64,000 nucleotides of DNA. Source: Candidatus Eiseniibacteriota bacterium (GTDB lineage: Bacteria > Eisenbacteria > RBG-16-71-46 > DASYSL01). Below, piece after piece: positions 21,500 through 33,281 of this stretch; within the stretch, counting starts at the first letter, position 1; each line of letters opens with the position of its first letter. The position numbers were made by a program, and so were the translations under genes. The notes beneath the pieces were generated by a model. That model made no database searches. It was not told the DNA's origin and saw only the letters and a list, made by a program, of their open reading frames with translations. The stretch is from positions 4,901-68,900 of the forward strand of contig JANPEF010000082.1 in assembly GCA_031431875.1 (NCBI GenBank). Direction: 5' to 3'.

Positions 21500-23029
21500 T
21501 CAGCCCTTCGCGGCAGGTCCCGGCGCCACTCGCCCGTAGGTGACGCCGAGGCCGCGCAGCCGCTCGGCGAGGCCGGCCGTATCCGCGAAGAAAGCCGCCG
21601 GCAACCGCCACGTCCAGTTGTCCGCGACCGTCCCCGGGAAGTTGATCCGCGCTTCGTCGCCCAGCCCGAGCAGGTCCTGCGGGGTCGTGATCGCGAGCCC
21701 CCCGACCGACCCCCACGCCATCCGGATCAGGTCCCATGGCACGCTGCCCGACGAAGGGCCGCGGTAGGCCTCGAAGTACGTCCGCTCCGCCGCCGGCGCG
21801 TGCGCGTGCCAGCCGGCCGACGTCGCGTTGTCGTGCGTGCCCGTGTAGACGACGCAGTTCGGGACGTGATGATGAGGCAGGAACGGGTTCGTCGGGTCGG
21901 TGAACGCGAACTGCAGGATGCGCATTCCCGGCAGGCCGAAGCGATCGCGCAAGGCGAACACGTCGGGCGTGATCTCGCCCAGGTCCTCGGCGATCAGCGG
22001 CAGCCCGGCGAGCCCGCGCTCGAGTGCGGTGAGGAAGGTGGCCCCCGGCCCGGGGACCCAGCGCCCGGACTCGGCGGTGACCGCGCCGGCGGGGACCTCC
22101 CAGTAGCCGGCGAAACCGCGGAAGTGGTCGAGCCGCACCAGGTCGACGAGCTTGAGCGCGGACTTCATGCGCGCGATCCACCACGCGTAGCCCTCGGCGG
22201 CGTGCGCTTCCCAGCGGTAGAGCGGGTTCCCCCAAAGCTGCCCCGTCTTCGCGAAGTAGTCCGGCGGCACGCCCGCGACGACGGCGGGGCGGCCCTCCGC
22301 ATCCAATTGGAAGAGTCGACGATGCGCCCACACGTCGGCGCTGTCGTGGGCGACGAAGATCGGCGTGTCGCCGATCAGCGAAACGCCGCGAACACGCGCG
22401 TGTGCCCGCAGCGCGGACCACTGGCGCGCGAACGCCCACTGACGGAACGCTTCGTGGCCGGTCGCGACGCGATGCTCGGCTCGCGCCGCGGTGATCGCCG
22501 CGGGGTGGGCGTCGCGCAGCGCCACCGGCCAGTCGACCCACGGGCCGCCGCCGTGCGCACGCTTGAGCGCGATGAACAGCGCGTAGGTGTCGAGCCACGC
22601 GGCCTCGCGCGTGCGAAAGGCGACGAAGTCGGCGGCGACCGCGGTGGTCGGGCCCGGCGTCGAGGCGACGAGCAGGCGATCGGCCGCGCGCACGAGCAGC
22701 GGCTCCTTCCACGCGTAGACACGCGCGAAGTCGATGGGGCCATCGCCGAACGCGGGAGCATCCGCCAGGTCGGCGGCGGTGAGCAGCCCGTCCGCGACCA
22801 GCGCTTCAGGCGAGATCAGGAGCGGGTTCCCGGCGAACGAGGAGAACGACTGGTAGGGCGAGTCGCGATACCCCGTGGGCCCCAGCGGCAGCACCTGCCA
22901 CCACGCGCATCCGGCCGCGGCGACGAAGTCGACCCAGCGATGTGCGGCCGGACCGAGGTCGCCGATGCCGTACGGACCGGGCAACGCGGTGGGATGGAGC
23001 AGGAGGCCGGCGGATCGACGGAGGCTCAT
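21500..23029 (-). CDS. malQ: 4-alpha-glucanotransferase (amylomaltase, GH77)
   Basis: GLLLHPTALP, WQVLPLGP, SPYQS.S.FAGN, GVPPDYF..TGQLWGNP, RLDHFRGF, AEDLG, YTGTHDN. Confidence 0.96.
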   Translation of the reverse strand: MSLRRSAGLLLHPTALPGPYGIGDLGPAAHRWVDFVAAAGCAWWQVLPLGPTGYRDSPYQSFSSFAGNPLLISPEALVADGLLTAADLADAPAFGDGPIDFARVYAWKEPLLVRAADRLLVASTPGPTTAVAADFVAFRTREAAWLDTYALFIALKRAHGGGPWVDWPVALRDAHPAAITAARAEHRVATGHEAFRQWAFARQWSALRAHARVRGVSLIGDTPIFVAHDSADVWAHRRLFQLDAEGRPAVVAGVPPDYFAKTGQLWGNPLYRWEAHAAEGYAWWIARMKSALKLVDLVRLDHFRGFAGYWEVPAGAVTAESGRWVPGPGATFLTALERGLAGLPLIAEDLGEITPDVFALRDRFGLPGMRILQFAFTDPTNPFLPHHHVPNCVVYTGTHDNATSAGWHAHAPAAERTYFEAYRGPSSGSVPWDLIRMAWGSVGGLAITTPQDLLGLGDEARINFPGTVADNWTWRLPAAFFADTAGLAERLRGLGVTYGRVAPGPAAKG

Positions 23030-23069
23030 GGGGACGCACGATACGGCATCGCGGCCCACGCGGGAATCG

Positions 23070-25680
<2,611 letters not shown>

Positions 25681-25703
25681 GCCCGTCACCCCGAGGAGTC
25701 CCG

Positions 25704-26045
25704 ATGTTCCGTTCCGTTCTCGCCGCCCTGCTCGTCGCGACGCCCGCGGCGGCGCAGACGCCCGGCGCCGGCTCGCCGATCGCCGCCTACCTGCCCTTCC
25801 TGCAGATCGGGCTCATCTTCGTGATCATGTACTTCCTCCTGATCCGTCCGCAGCAGAAGCGCCAGCAGGCGCTGGCTGCGCTGCAGGGCGGGCTCAAGAA
25901 GGGTGATCGGGTGGTCACGCAGTCCGGGATCATCGGCACCATCGCCGGCGTCGGCGACACGACGACGACGCTGCTGGTCGACAAGGACGTGAAGATCGAG
26001 TTCCAGCGCTCGGCGATCATCGGCCTCGTCGGCGACAAGAGCTAG
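25704..26045 (+). CDS. yajC: Preprotein translocase subunit YajC
   Basis: YFLLIRPQQKR, LKKGDRVVT.SGI.G; GAGGAG RBS; follows tgt. Confidence 0.93.
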   Translation: MFRSVLAALLVATPAAAQTPGAGSPIAAYLPFLQIGLIFVIMYFLLIRPQQKRQQALAALQGGLKKGDRVVTQSGIIGTIAGVGDTTTTLLVDKDVKIEFQRSAIIGLVGDKS

Positions 26046-26055
26046 GCCCGCCGCG

Positions 26056-26601
26056 ATGCCTGTCCTCCCGCTGCGCATCTACGGCGATCCCGTCCTCCGG
26101 GCCAAGGCCAAGCCCTTGCTCGAGGTCACCGACGCGACGAGGCCGTTCGTGCTCGACATGTTCGACACCATGCTCGCCGAGGATGGTGTCGGCCTCGCCG
26201 CGCCGCAGGTCGGCGCGTCGCAGCGCCTGCTCGTGCTCGCCGTGCCGGTCAAGCGACACAAGCGGATCGACATGACGTTGATCAATCCCGAGATCGTGCG
26301 GGCCGAGGGCTGGGAGGTCGGAGAAGAGGGCTGTCTCTCCGTCCCCGGGGTGTACGACGAGGTGAAGCGCGCGTCCTCGATCGCGGTCAAGGCGCTCGAC
26401 GAATCCGGGAAGCCGGTCGAGTTCGACGCCGATGGATTCCTGGCGCGGGCGATCCAGCACGAACTCGATCACCTGAACGGCGTGCTGTTCGTCGACCGCC
26501 TCGGGATGCTGCAGAAGCGGATGCATCGCAACGAGCTCAAGGCGCTCGAAGAGGGGCGTACGCCGCAGGGCGGAGGCAAGCACGAGGGTCCGGCCCTGTA
26601 G
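26056..26601 (+). CDS. def: Peptide deformylase
   Basis: GVGLAAPQ, EGCLS, QHELDHL. Confidence 0.97.
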   Translation: MPVLPLRIYGDPVLRAKAKPLLEVTDATRPFVLDMFDTMLAEDGVGLAAPQVGASQRLLVLAVPVKRHKRIDMTLINPEIVRAEGWEVGEEGCLSVPGVYDEVKRASSIAVKALDESGKPVEFDADGFLARAIQHELDHLNGVLFVDRLGMLQKRMHRNELKALEEGRTPQGGGKHEGPAL

Positions 26602-26619
26602 GGCCGCGCTCCCGCCGCC

Positions 26620-27597
26620 GTGCGTATCGTCTTTCTCGGAACACCCGAGTTCGCCGTGCCGTCGCTCGAGGCTCTCGCCGCGCGCTTCGACGTGGCGCTG
26701 GTCGTGGCGCAGCCGGATCGTCCGCGTGGTCGCGGACGCGAGATCGCCCCGCCGCCGGTCAAGGCGCGCGCATTCGAGCTGGGGCTGCCGGTGCTGCAAG
26801 TCGAGAAACCGAACCGCCCCGGCGTCGTCGCTGCGCTCACGGCCGTGCATGCCGACCTGTTCGTGGTGGTCGCCTACGGCGCGCTCCTCTCGCCTGTGCT
26901 CCTTGCGGCGCCGCGCCTTGGTTGCATCAACCTGCATGCGTCGTTGCTACCAGCCTACCGTGGCGCCTCGCCCATCCAGGCGGCGATCCTCGACGGGCGC
27001 ACGACGACAGGGAACACGACGATGTGGATGGCCGAGGGGCTGGACACCGGTGACGTGATCCTGTCGCGCGAGATCGCGATCGGTCCCGACGAGACCGCAG
27101 GCGAACTGTCGACGCGACTGGCGGTCGACGGCGCCGCGCTCCTCGTCGCGACGGTCGAGCAGATCGAAGCGGGGACCGCGCCGCGCACGCCGCAGGATGG
27201 GGCGGGTGTGACTCTGACGAAGAAGATCAGGAAGGACGACGGCGGGCTCGACTTCATGGCGCCGGCCGTCCGGGTTCACGACCGGGCACGGGCGATGACA
27301 CCGTGGCCGGGAGCCCAAGCAGTCTACGAAGGCACGTCGCTCCGCTTCGAGCGGACGCGCGTGGCGCCTGGTGCCGCGGACGGCACGGGTGAGAAGGACG
27401 CCGCCCCGGGGACGATCCTCGGGCCGGGCCCGGAAGGCGGGCTCGTGGTTGCATGCGGCGAAGGATGGCTCGAAGTGCTGCGGGTCCGGCCCGCGGGCAA
27501 GAACGAGATGAACGCGCTCGATTGGTGGCGCGGACTTCGCACGGGGACAGGCTCCGCCCCGCGCTTCAGCACCCCGAGCCGTGAGGAACAGAGATGA
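26620..27597 (+). CDS. fmt: Methionyl-tRNA formyltransferase
   Basis: FLGTPEFA, QPDRP.GRG, NLHASLLP.YRGA.PI, LDTGD, PWPG. Confidence 0.96.
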   Translation: MRIVFLGTPEFAVPSLEALAARFDVALVVAQPDRPRGRGREIAPPPVKARAFELGLPVLQVEKPNRPGVVAALTAVHADLFVVVAYGALLSPVLLAAPRLGCINLHASLLPAYRGASPIQAAILDGRTTTGNTTMWMAEGLDTGDVILSREIAIGPDETAGELSTRLAVDGAALLVATVEQIEAGTAPRTPQDGAGVTLTKKIRKDDGGLDFMAPAVRVHDRARAMTPWPGAQAVYEGTSLRFERTRVAPGAADGTGEKDAAPGTILGPGPEGGLVVACGEGWLEVLRVRPAGKNEMNALDWWRGLRTGTGSAPRFSTPSREEQR

Positions 27598-30161
27598 TGA
27601 AGAAGTCGCGTGGACCCAAGGGACCGAGCGTGTTGCCCCGCTCCGCACAGGACAAGGAAGGCCGCCCGAAGCGCGGTCCGGCACCGCGCAGTGGTGGGGG
27701 CCGTGATGACGCGCGCCCGGCGCGTCCGGCGTCGAAGTTCACGCGCGACGGTGCGCGTCCGGCGCGTCCTTCGGGCCCGCGGCGGGATGACGCGCGTCCG
27801 GCACGTCCCGCGGGGCCACGCCGCGATGACACGCGCCCGGCCCGCCCGTCCGGCCCGCGCCGTGACGATGCACGTCCGGCGCGTCCCGCGGGCCCTCGTC
27901 GCGAGGGCGAGCGTTCGTACTCGCCGCGCACCACCCGCGATGACGTTCGCCCGGGCCGTCCGGCGCCGAAGTTCACCCGCGATTCCGCGCGCCCGGCGCG
28001 TCCGTCCGCCCCGCGCCGCGACGATGCACGTCCGGCACGTCCGTCGGGCCCGCGCCGCGAAGGCGAGCGTTCGTACTCGCCGCGCCCGCGTCGCGATGAC
28101 GCCGCACCGGCGCGTCCGACCTCGCGTTACCAGCGCGACGACGCGCGCCCAGCCCGGCCGCGCCCCGATGGCGACAAGCCGTACCGCCCGCGCGCGACCG
28201 GCGATGCCGCCCGCCCGGCCCGTGCGGCCTCGAAGTTCACGCGCGATGCCGCCCGTCCGGCCCGTCCCGCCGGCCCGCGTCGCGAAGGCGATCGTCCGTA
28301 CACGGCAAAGCCGCGTGGCGCGGGTGATCGTCCGTACACGGCAAAGCCACGGCGTGATGCCGGAGACCGCCCGGCGCGTCCCGGCGGCGCCCGGCCGTTC
28401 GCCAGTGCCCGCCCGGGAGCTGGAGCCCGCCCTGGAGCTGGCGCCCGTCCGGGAGCTGGCGCCCGTCCGGGAGCTGGAGCTCGTCCGGGAGCTGGAGCTC
28501 GTCCGGGAGCTGGCGCCCGTCCGGGAGCTGGAGCTCGTCCGGGAGGCGCGCGTTCGTTCGCCGGTGCCCGTCCGGAGCGTCCCGGCGCGCCTCGTGCCGC
28601 TGCCGGCCGCGGCTATCGTCCGCGGGACGAGTTCGACAACCCGCGCGAGGGGCGCCGCTTCGCCCGTCCGCAGCGCTTCGACGCGAAGACCGGCCTCGCC
28701 ATCGCCGAGGACGCGCCGCGTCCGAAGAGGGAGAAGCCGGGCCAGGCCGGCGGCGCGCCGAGTGCGGCCACGCCGAAGCGCGGCCCGAACGTCCGCGACC
28801 TCGCGTTGCAGGTCCTCTTCCAGGTGCAGGTCAAGCGCGCCTTTGCCGAGCGCATCATCGAGGACCTGGCGGAGCAGATGAAGCTCGACCGGCGCGACCG
28901 CGGCTTCATGAACGAACTGGTCAAGGGCACGCTGCGCCAGCGCGCGACGCTCGACTGGCAGCTCAATCGCTTCATGCACGTCGGCCTCAACTCGACGCCG
29001 GCGTGGATCCAGAACGCGCTTCGTCTGGGCGCCTACCAGCTGATCCACCTCGATCGGATCCCGCCCCGCGCGGCGGTCGACGAGACGGTCAAGCTGGCGC
29101 TCAAGTACGGGCACCCCGGCACCGCGGGTCTCGCCAACAGCGTGCTGCGGCGCATCGCCGAGGCGGTGAGCGTGGGTGATCTCGCGCTTCCGGCGCCGAC
29201 CAAGGACGACGGGACGCCGGACTACGACGCGCTGGTCGCGATCACGTCGCATCCGCGCTGGTTGCTCGAGCGCTGGGTGCCGCGCTACGGCGTCGACGGG
29301 ACGATCGCGCTGTGCGAAGCGAACAACCGTCACGCGCACCTGGGCCTGCGCGCCAATCGCCTGCGGCTCGACCGCAAGGAGCTGCTCAAGCGCCTGGAAG
29401 AAGCGGGTCTCAAGGGCACGCCGGGCAAGTACTGCGATCACACCGTGTGGGTCGAGGCCGACGCGGACTTCGCCGACTTCCCGAGTTATGCGCGCGGTGA
29501 CTGCACCGTGCAGGACGAGAGCGAAACGCTGGTCAGCCTGCTCGCTGCGCCGAAGTCCGGCGAGCGCATACTCGACCTGTGCGCCGCGCCCGGCGGCAAG
29601 AGCACCCACCTGGCCGAGCTGATGGGCGACACGGGCGAGATCGTGGCGGTCGAGAAGATGGCTCCGCGGGCCCGCACCATGAGCAAGCAGATCCTGCGGC
29701 TGGGCCTCAAGTCGGTGAAGGTCGAGGTGGCCGACGGCACGTCGGCGAACCTGCTGCTGCTCGGCGCGGGCGGGATGTACGACCGCGCCGTCGTCGACGC
29801 GCCGTGCTCGGGCCTGGGCGTGCTCGCCCGGCGGGCCGATGCGCGCTGGCGCAAGCAGTCGTCGCTGTTCGAGGAGATGACCGCAGTGCAGTCGGCGCTG
29901 CTGCGCGCCGCCGCCGAGGTGGTCAAGCCGGGCGGCGTCATCGTCTACAGCGTGTGCTCGTTCGAGCCCGAGGAGACCGACGAGATCATCGCCTCGTTCC
30001 TCGCGGGCAACCCCGAGTGGCGCAAGGATCACGCCGCGGCGTTCCTGCCCAAGGAAACTGTGGAAGAGGGTGGCTCGATGCGCGTGTTGCCGCACGTGCA
30101 CGGGATCGACGGTGCGTTCGCCGCCCGACTCGTGCGTTCGTCGCGGCCGGACGGGGAGTGA
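27594..30161 (+). CDS. rsmB: 16S rRNA m5C967 methyltransferase RsmB/Sun with a ~400-aa repetitive N-terminal extension
   Basis: NusB-like domain (ELVKGTLR, LRLGAYQL, ETVKLA), SHP.WL, QDE, DLCAAPGGK, DAPCSGLG, YSVCS; position after fmt. Confidence 0.92.
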   Translation: MMKKSRGPKGPSVLPRSAQDKEGRPKRGPAPRSGGGRDDARPARPASKFTRDGARPARPSGPRRDDARPARPAGPRRDDTRPARPSGPRRDDARPARPAGPRREGERSYSPRTTRDDVRPGRPAPKFTRDSARPARPSAPRRDDARPARPSGPRREGERSYSPRPRRDDAAPARPTSRYQRDDARPARPRPDGDKPYRPRATGDAARPARAASKFTRDAARPARPAGPRREGDRPYTAKPRGAGDRPYTAKPRRDAGDRPARPGGARPFASARPGAGARPGAGARPGAGARPGAGARPGAGARPGAGARPGAGARPGGARSFAGARPERPGAPRAAAGRGYRPRDEFDNPREGRRFARPQRFDAKTGLAIAEDAPRPKREKPGQAGGAPSAATPKRGPNVRDLALQVLFQVQVKRAFAERIIEDLAEQMKLDRRDRGFMNELVKGTLRQRATLDWQLNRFMHVGLNSTPAWIQNALRLGAYQLIHLDRIPPRAAVDETVKLALKYGHPGTAGLANSVLRRIAEAVSVGDLALPAPTKDDGTPDYDALVAITSHPRWLLERWVPRYGVDGTIALCEANNRHAHLGLRANRLRLDRKELLKRLEEAGLKGTPGKYCDHTVWVEADADFADFPSYARGDCTVQDESETLVSLLAAPKSGERILDLCAAPGGKSTHLAELMGDTGEIVAVEKMAPRARTMSKQILRLGLKSVKVEVADGTSANLLLLGAGGMYDRAVVDAPCSGLGVLARRADARWRKQSSLFEEMTAVQSALLRAAAEVVKPGGVIVYSVCSFEPEETDEIIASFLAGNPEWRKDHAAAFLPKETVEEGGSMRVLPHVHGIDGAFAARLVRSSRPDGE
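27701..28290 (+). repeat. Coding imperfect tandem repeats (RRDDARPARPSGP-like, ~13 aa)
   Basis: About ten degenerate units in the rsmB frame. Confidence 0.8.
28407..28544 (+). repeat. 18-bp coding tandem repeat, (ARPGAG)x7 plus a partial unit
   Basis: gcy-cgy-cck-gga-gct-ggm units read directly. Confidence 0.95.
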
Positions 30162-30165
30162 TCGC

Positions 30166-30975
30166 GTGAGCGACGAGCCGCGGGAGATGACGCCGCCGGA
30201 ACCGGAAACGGGTCCGGCGGTCGTCCCGCCGAAACGGCGGGGGCGTTTCGCTCGCTCGTTGCGCGCGTTCGTCGGCACGATCGTCGTCGCGGGCCTCGCC
30301 TTCATCACCGGGCTCCTGCTGTTCGATCGCGTCGTCATGCCGCGCTTCACCCGGCAGGCGGGCGACGTGATGGTGCCCGACCTGTCGAACCTGAACAAGC
30401 AGCAGGCCGAGTCGGTGCTGGCGCGCGGCGGATTGCAGCTCTCGGTCGCGGCCGAGCGCTTCGACGCTGCGGCGCCGCGCGGCTTCGTCATCGCGCAGGA
30501 TCCCGAGCCCGGCCGCCCCGTGCGGGCGGGCCGTCGCGTGTCGGTGACGATCTCGCTGGGCGAGGAGTTCGCCAACGTGCCCGAGTTGTTCGGCGAATCG
30601 CTGCGCGGCGCGCGCCTGTTGCTCAGTCGAGCGGGGCTGCGCGCCGGTGCGATCGGTCGCGTGATCACGTCTGAAACCGGTCCGGGCCTCGTCGTCGCGG
30701 CCGAGCCGGCGTTCGGCGCGGTCGTCCCGCGTGGAACGACGGTCAACCTGCTCGTCTGCGTGTCGAACGAACCCGAGGCGTTCGTCATGCCCGACCTGGT
30801 CGGCCGTGACGCACAGGCCGCGGAGCGTGACCTCGAGTCGCTCGGGTTTCGCGTCGACGTGAACGGGCCGGGTTCCAACTTCGCGCGCATCGAGTCGCAG
30901 AACCCGCCGCCGGGTGCCCGCGTGCTGCGCGGGCAGACGATCGTCCTGACCGTCGCCGGACGCCTCATCCAGTAG
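30166..30975 (+). CDS. Membrane-anchored PASTA-domain protein (3 PASTA repeats)
   Basis: N-terminal TM; VPDL..L....A, VI.Q.P..G..V..G..V repeats. Confidence 0.88.
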   Translation: MSDEPREMTPPEPETGPAVVPPKRRGRFARSLRAFVGTIVVAGLAFITGLLLFDRVVMPRFTRQAGDVMVPDLSNLNKQQAESVLARGGLQLSVAAERFDAAAPRGFVIAQDPEPGRPVRAGRRVSVTISLGEEFANVPELFGESLRGARLLLSRAGLRAGAIGRVITSETGPGLVVAAEPAFGAVVPRGTTVNLLVCVSNEPEAFVMPDLVGRDAQAAERDLESLGFRVDVNGPGSNFARIESQNPPPGARVLRGQTIVLTVAGRLIQ

Positions 30976-31000
30976 TTCGACCGATCTCCGGGGGCCGCGC

Positions 31001-31825
31001 ATGCTCGTCTCGCCGTCGATCCTCTCCGCCGACTGGACCCGCCTCGACCACGCCGTGCGTCTCGCCGACGAGGGCGCCGACTGGCTGCACTGCGACGTGA
31101 TGGACGGACACTTCGTGCCCAACCTCACGTTCGGTCCACCGATGGTGGCCGCCCTCCATCGCATGACGAAGCTGCCGCTCGACGTCCACCTGATGATCGA
31201 CCAGCCGCTGCGCTATGCGCGCGCGTTCGCCGACGCCGGCGCGGCCGTGCTCACCGTGCACGCCGAGGCGCCCGGCGTCGCCGGCCCCGGCTGGCCCGCG
31301 CCCGTGCGCTCGCATGGCGAGGGCGGGGCGGGGGACGATGCGGCGGGTCCACCCGCTGCAGCCGCCGCGCCGCTGGCCGGAGGGGCACACCCGATCGACC
31401 TGCGCACGCTGCGCGCGACTCTCGAGGCCCTGCGCGCGCTCGGCGTGAAGCCCGGCCTCGCGCTCCGGCCCGACACCGGCATCGACGAGATCGAGTCCGT
31501 GCTCGACGTCGTCGACGTGCTGCTGGTCATGACCGTGTACCCGGGATTCAGCGGGCAGTCGTTCCTGCCCGCGCCGCTCGAGACCATTCGCCGCGCCGTC
31601 GGCGTGCGCCGCGCGCGCGGGCTGTCGTACCTGATCGAGGTCGATGGCGGCGTCGCGATCGAGGACACGGGCCCGCGCGTCGCCGCCGCCGGCGCCGACG
31701 TCGTGGTCGCCGGGCACGGCGTGTACCGGCAAGTCGATCCGGTCGCGGCGATGCGCGCCCTGCGCGCGCTCGAGGCGGGGGCGTATGCGCCGGGCGGCGA
31801 TGCCGACGGGGGAGACGCCGCATGA
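31001..31825 (+). CDS. rpe: Ribulose-phosphate 3-epimerase with an internal insertion
   Basis: SPSILSAD, HCDVMDGHFVPNLTFG, DVHLM, HAE, MTV.PGF.GQ.F, EVDGG. Confidence 0.94.
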   Translation: MLVSPSILSADWTRLDHAVRLADEGADWLHCDVMDGHFVPNLTFGPPMVAALHRMTKLPLDVHLMIDQPLRYARAFADAGAAVLTVHAEAPGVAGPGWPAPVRSHGEGGAGDDAAGPPAAAAAPLAGGAHPIDLRTLRATLEALRALGVKPGLALRPDTGIDEIESVLDVVDVLLVMTVYPGFSGQSFLPAPLETIRRAVGVRRARGLSYLIEVDGGVAIEDTGPRVAAAGADVVVAGHGVYRQVDPVAAMRALRALEAGAYAPGGDADGGDAA

Positions 31826-32499
31826 GCGCCGGAGCCGGATCCGCCGAGCACGACGCGGTCGAGCCCGGCCGTGTCCCGGCCACGCGGCCCGCGAACTTCG
31901 GCCCGCCCGACGCCCTGCGCACGATCGTCACGAGCCCGCGCGCGACGGTGCGCTGGCTGCTCGATCACGGAGACGGGGGGTTGTGGGCGTACCTGCTCGT
32001 CGGGACGCTCGCATTCCTCACCGCGACGATCACGGCCGCGATGGAGTCGAGCCTCACGCTGGACCACCTGTATCTCATGGCACCCGGACTCGTCTTTCGC
32101 GTGGTACCCGTCTGCGCGCTCCTCCTCCTGATCTTTCTCGGTGGCACGTTGCTCGCCGGCCGGATCCTGGGTGGGGCGGCGCGGGGGAAAGACTCGATCC
32201 TCGCGATCGCCTGGGGCCTCATCCCGCTCGTCGCGGTCCTCCCGTTCGCGATCGCGCGGGCGCTTTTCGAATCCTCGCTACCGGGGCCGCTTGCCTCGGC
32301 CCTGGACTGTGTTGCAGTCGCGGCATCGCTGGCGGCGGCGGGGTTGACCGTTCCCACATTCGCCGAAGGCGAGCGCTTCTCCTCGAGGCGAAGCGTCGTC
32401 GCCCTCATGCTCGGGGTCACGATCGCCTGCGCGGTCCACGTGGTGACCGGGCTTCCCAGCGTGTACTTTCAATACCTCATCAGCGGCCGCGTGGGCTGA
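31822..32499 (+). CDS. Multi-TM membrane protein, Yip1-like
   Basis: About 5 hydrophobic segments; '..SPR.T', 'LGG', 'AW..IP' pattern. Confidence 0.6.
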   Translation: MSAGAGSAEHDAVEPGRVPATRPANFGPPDALRTIVTSPRATVRWLLDHGDGGLWAYLLVGTLAFLTATITAAMESSLTLDHLYLMAPGLVFRVVPVCALLLLIFLGGTLLAGRILGGAARGKDSILAIAWGLIPLVAVLPFAIARALFESSLPGPLASALDCVAVAASLAAAGLTVPTFAEGERFSSRRSVVALMLGVTIACAVHVVTGLPSVYFQYLISGRVG

Positions 32500-32507
32500 G
32501 TCGCGAC

Positions 32508-33281
32508 GTGACTGCATCGCCACTCGCCCGCCTCGAATCCCGCGTCGTCGCCTGCCGCGCCTGTCCGCGCCTGGTCGCCTGGCGCGAGGAAACCGCGCGC
32601 GTGAAGCGCCGCGCGTACCGAGACGAGACGTACTGGGGCCGGCCTGTCCCCGCGTTCGGTGACGTCGACGCGCAACTGCTGCTCGTGGGCCTCGCTCCCG
32701 CTGCGCACGGCGGCAACCGCACCGGGCGCATGTTCACCGGCGACTCCTCGGGAGACTGGCTGTACGACGCGCTGCATGCGCACGGGTTCGCCAGCCAGGC
32801 GACCTCGACCAGTCGCGACGACGGCCTCAGTCTCACAGACACGTTCATCACCGCCGCCGCCCGCTGCGCGCCGCCCGACAACAAGCCGACGCCCGACGAG
32901 TTCGCGGCCTGCCGCCCGTTCCTCGTGGCCGAACTGGGGCTGCTGGGCGAAGTTCGCGTCGTCGTCGCGCTCGGCGCTCTGGCGTGGGAGCACGCGCTGC
33001 GCGCGTATGAGGAGCGTGGCGGACACGTGAAAACGCCGCGCCCGAAGCATGGGCACGGCGTCGAGATCGCTCTGGATGGAATCGCCGGGGACACCTTTGC
33101 CGGCGGGCGGGCGATCACGCTGCTCGGCTCCTACCACCCGAGCCGGCAGAACACGCAAACCGGCCGCCTGACGCGGCCGATGCTCTACGCCGTCTTCGCC
33201 CGCGCGCGCGACCTGCTGCCCGACTCGTCGGCCCGCGCGGCGGCCATGAAGGCGCGCACACGCTCGACGTCGACCGGCTGA
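32508..33281 (+). CDS. Uracil-DNA glycosylase family 5 (UdgB-like, Fe-S)
   Basis: C.ACPRL, GLAPAAHGGNRTGR.FTGD.SG, RCAPPDNKP, SYHPS.QNT.TG. Confidence 0.93.
   Translation: MTASPLARLESRVVACRACPRLVAWREETARVKRRAYRDETYWGRPVPAFGDVDAQLLLVGLAPAAHGGNRTGRMFTGDSSGDWLYDALHAHGFASQATSTSRDDGLSLTDTFITAAARCAPPDNKPTPDEFAACRPFLVAELGLLGEVRVVVALGALAWEHALRAYEERGGHVKTPRPKHGHGVEIALDGIAGDTFAGGRAITLLGSYHPSRQNTQTGRLTRPMLYAVFARARDLLPDSSARAAAMKARTRSTSTG

Noticed and set aside
27701-28544. CRISPR array
   Set aside because: The repeats are contiguous, in frame, vary at codon third positions and have no unique spacers; no cas genes are present.
31644-32507. Long N-terminal extensions in the ORF track for udg (also folC, lptD, porX, hemD, CGL, biotin carrier)
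   Set aside because: They overlap upstream genes in another frame; family similarity starts at the later starts reported.
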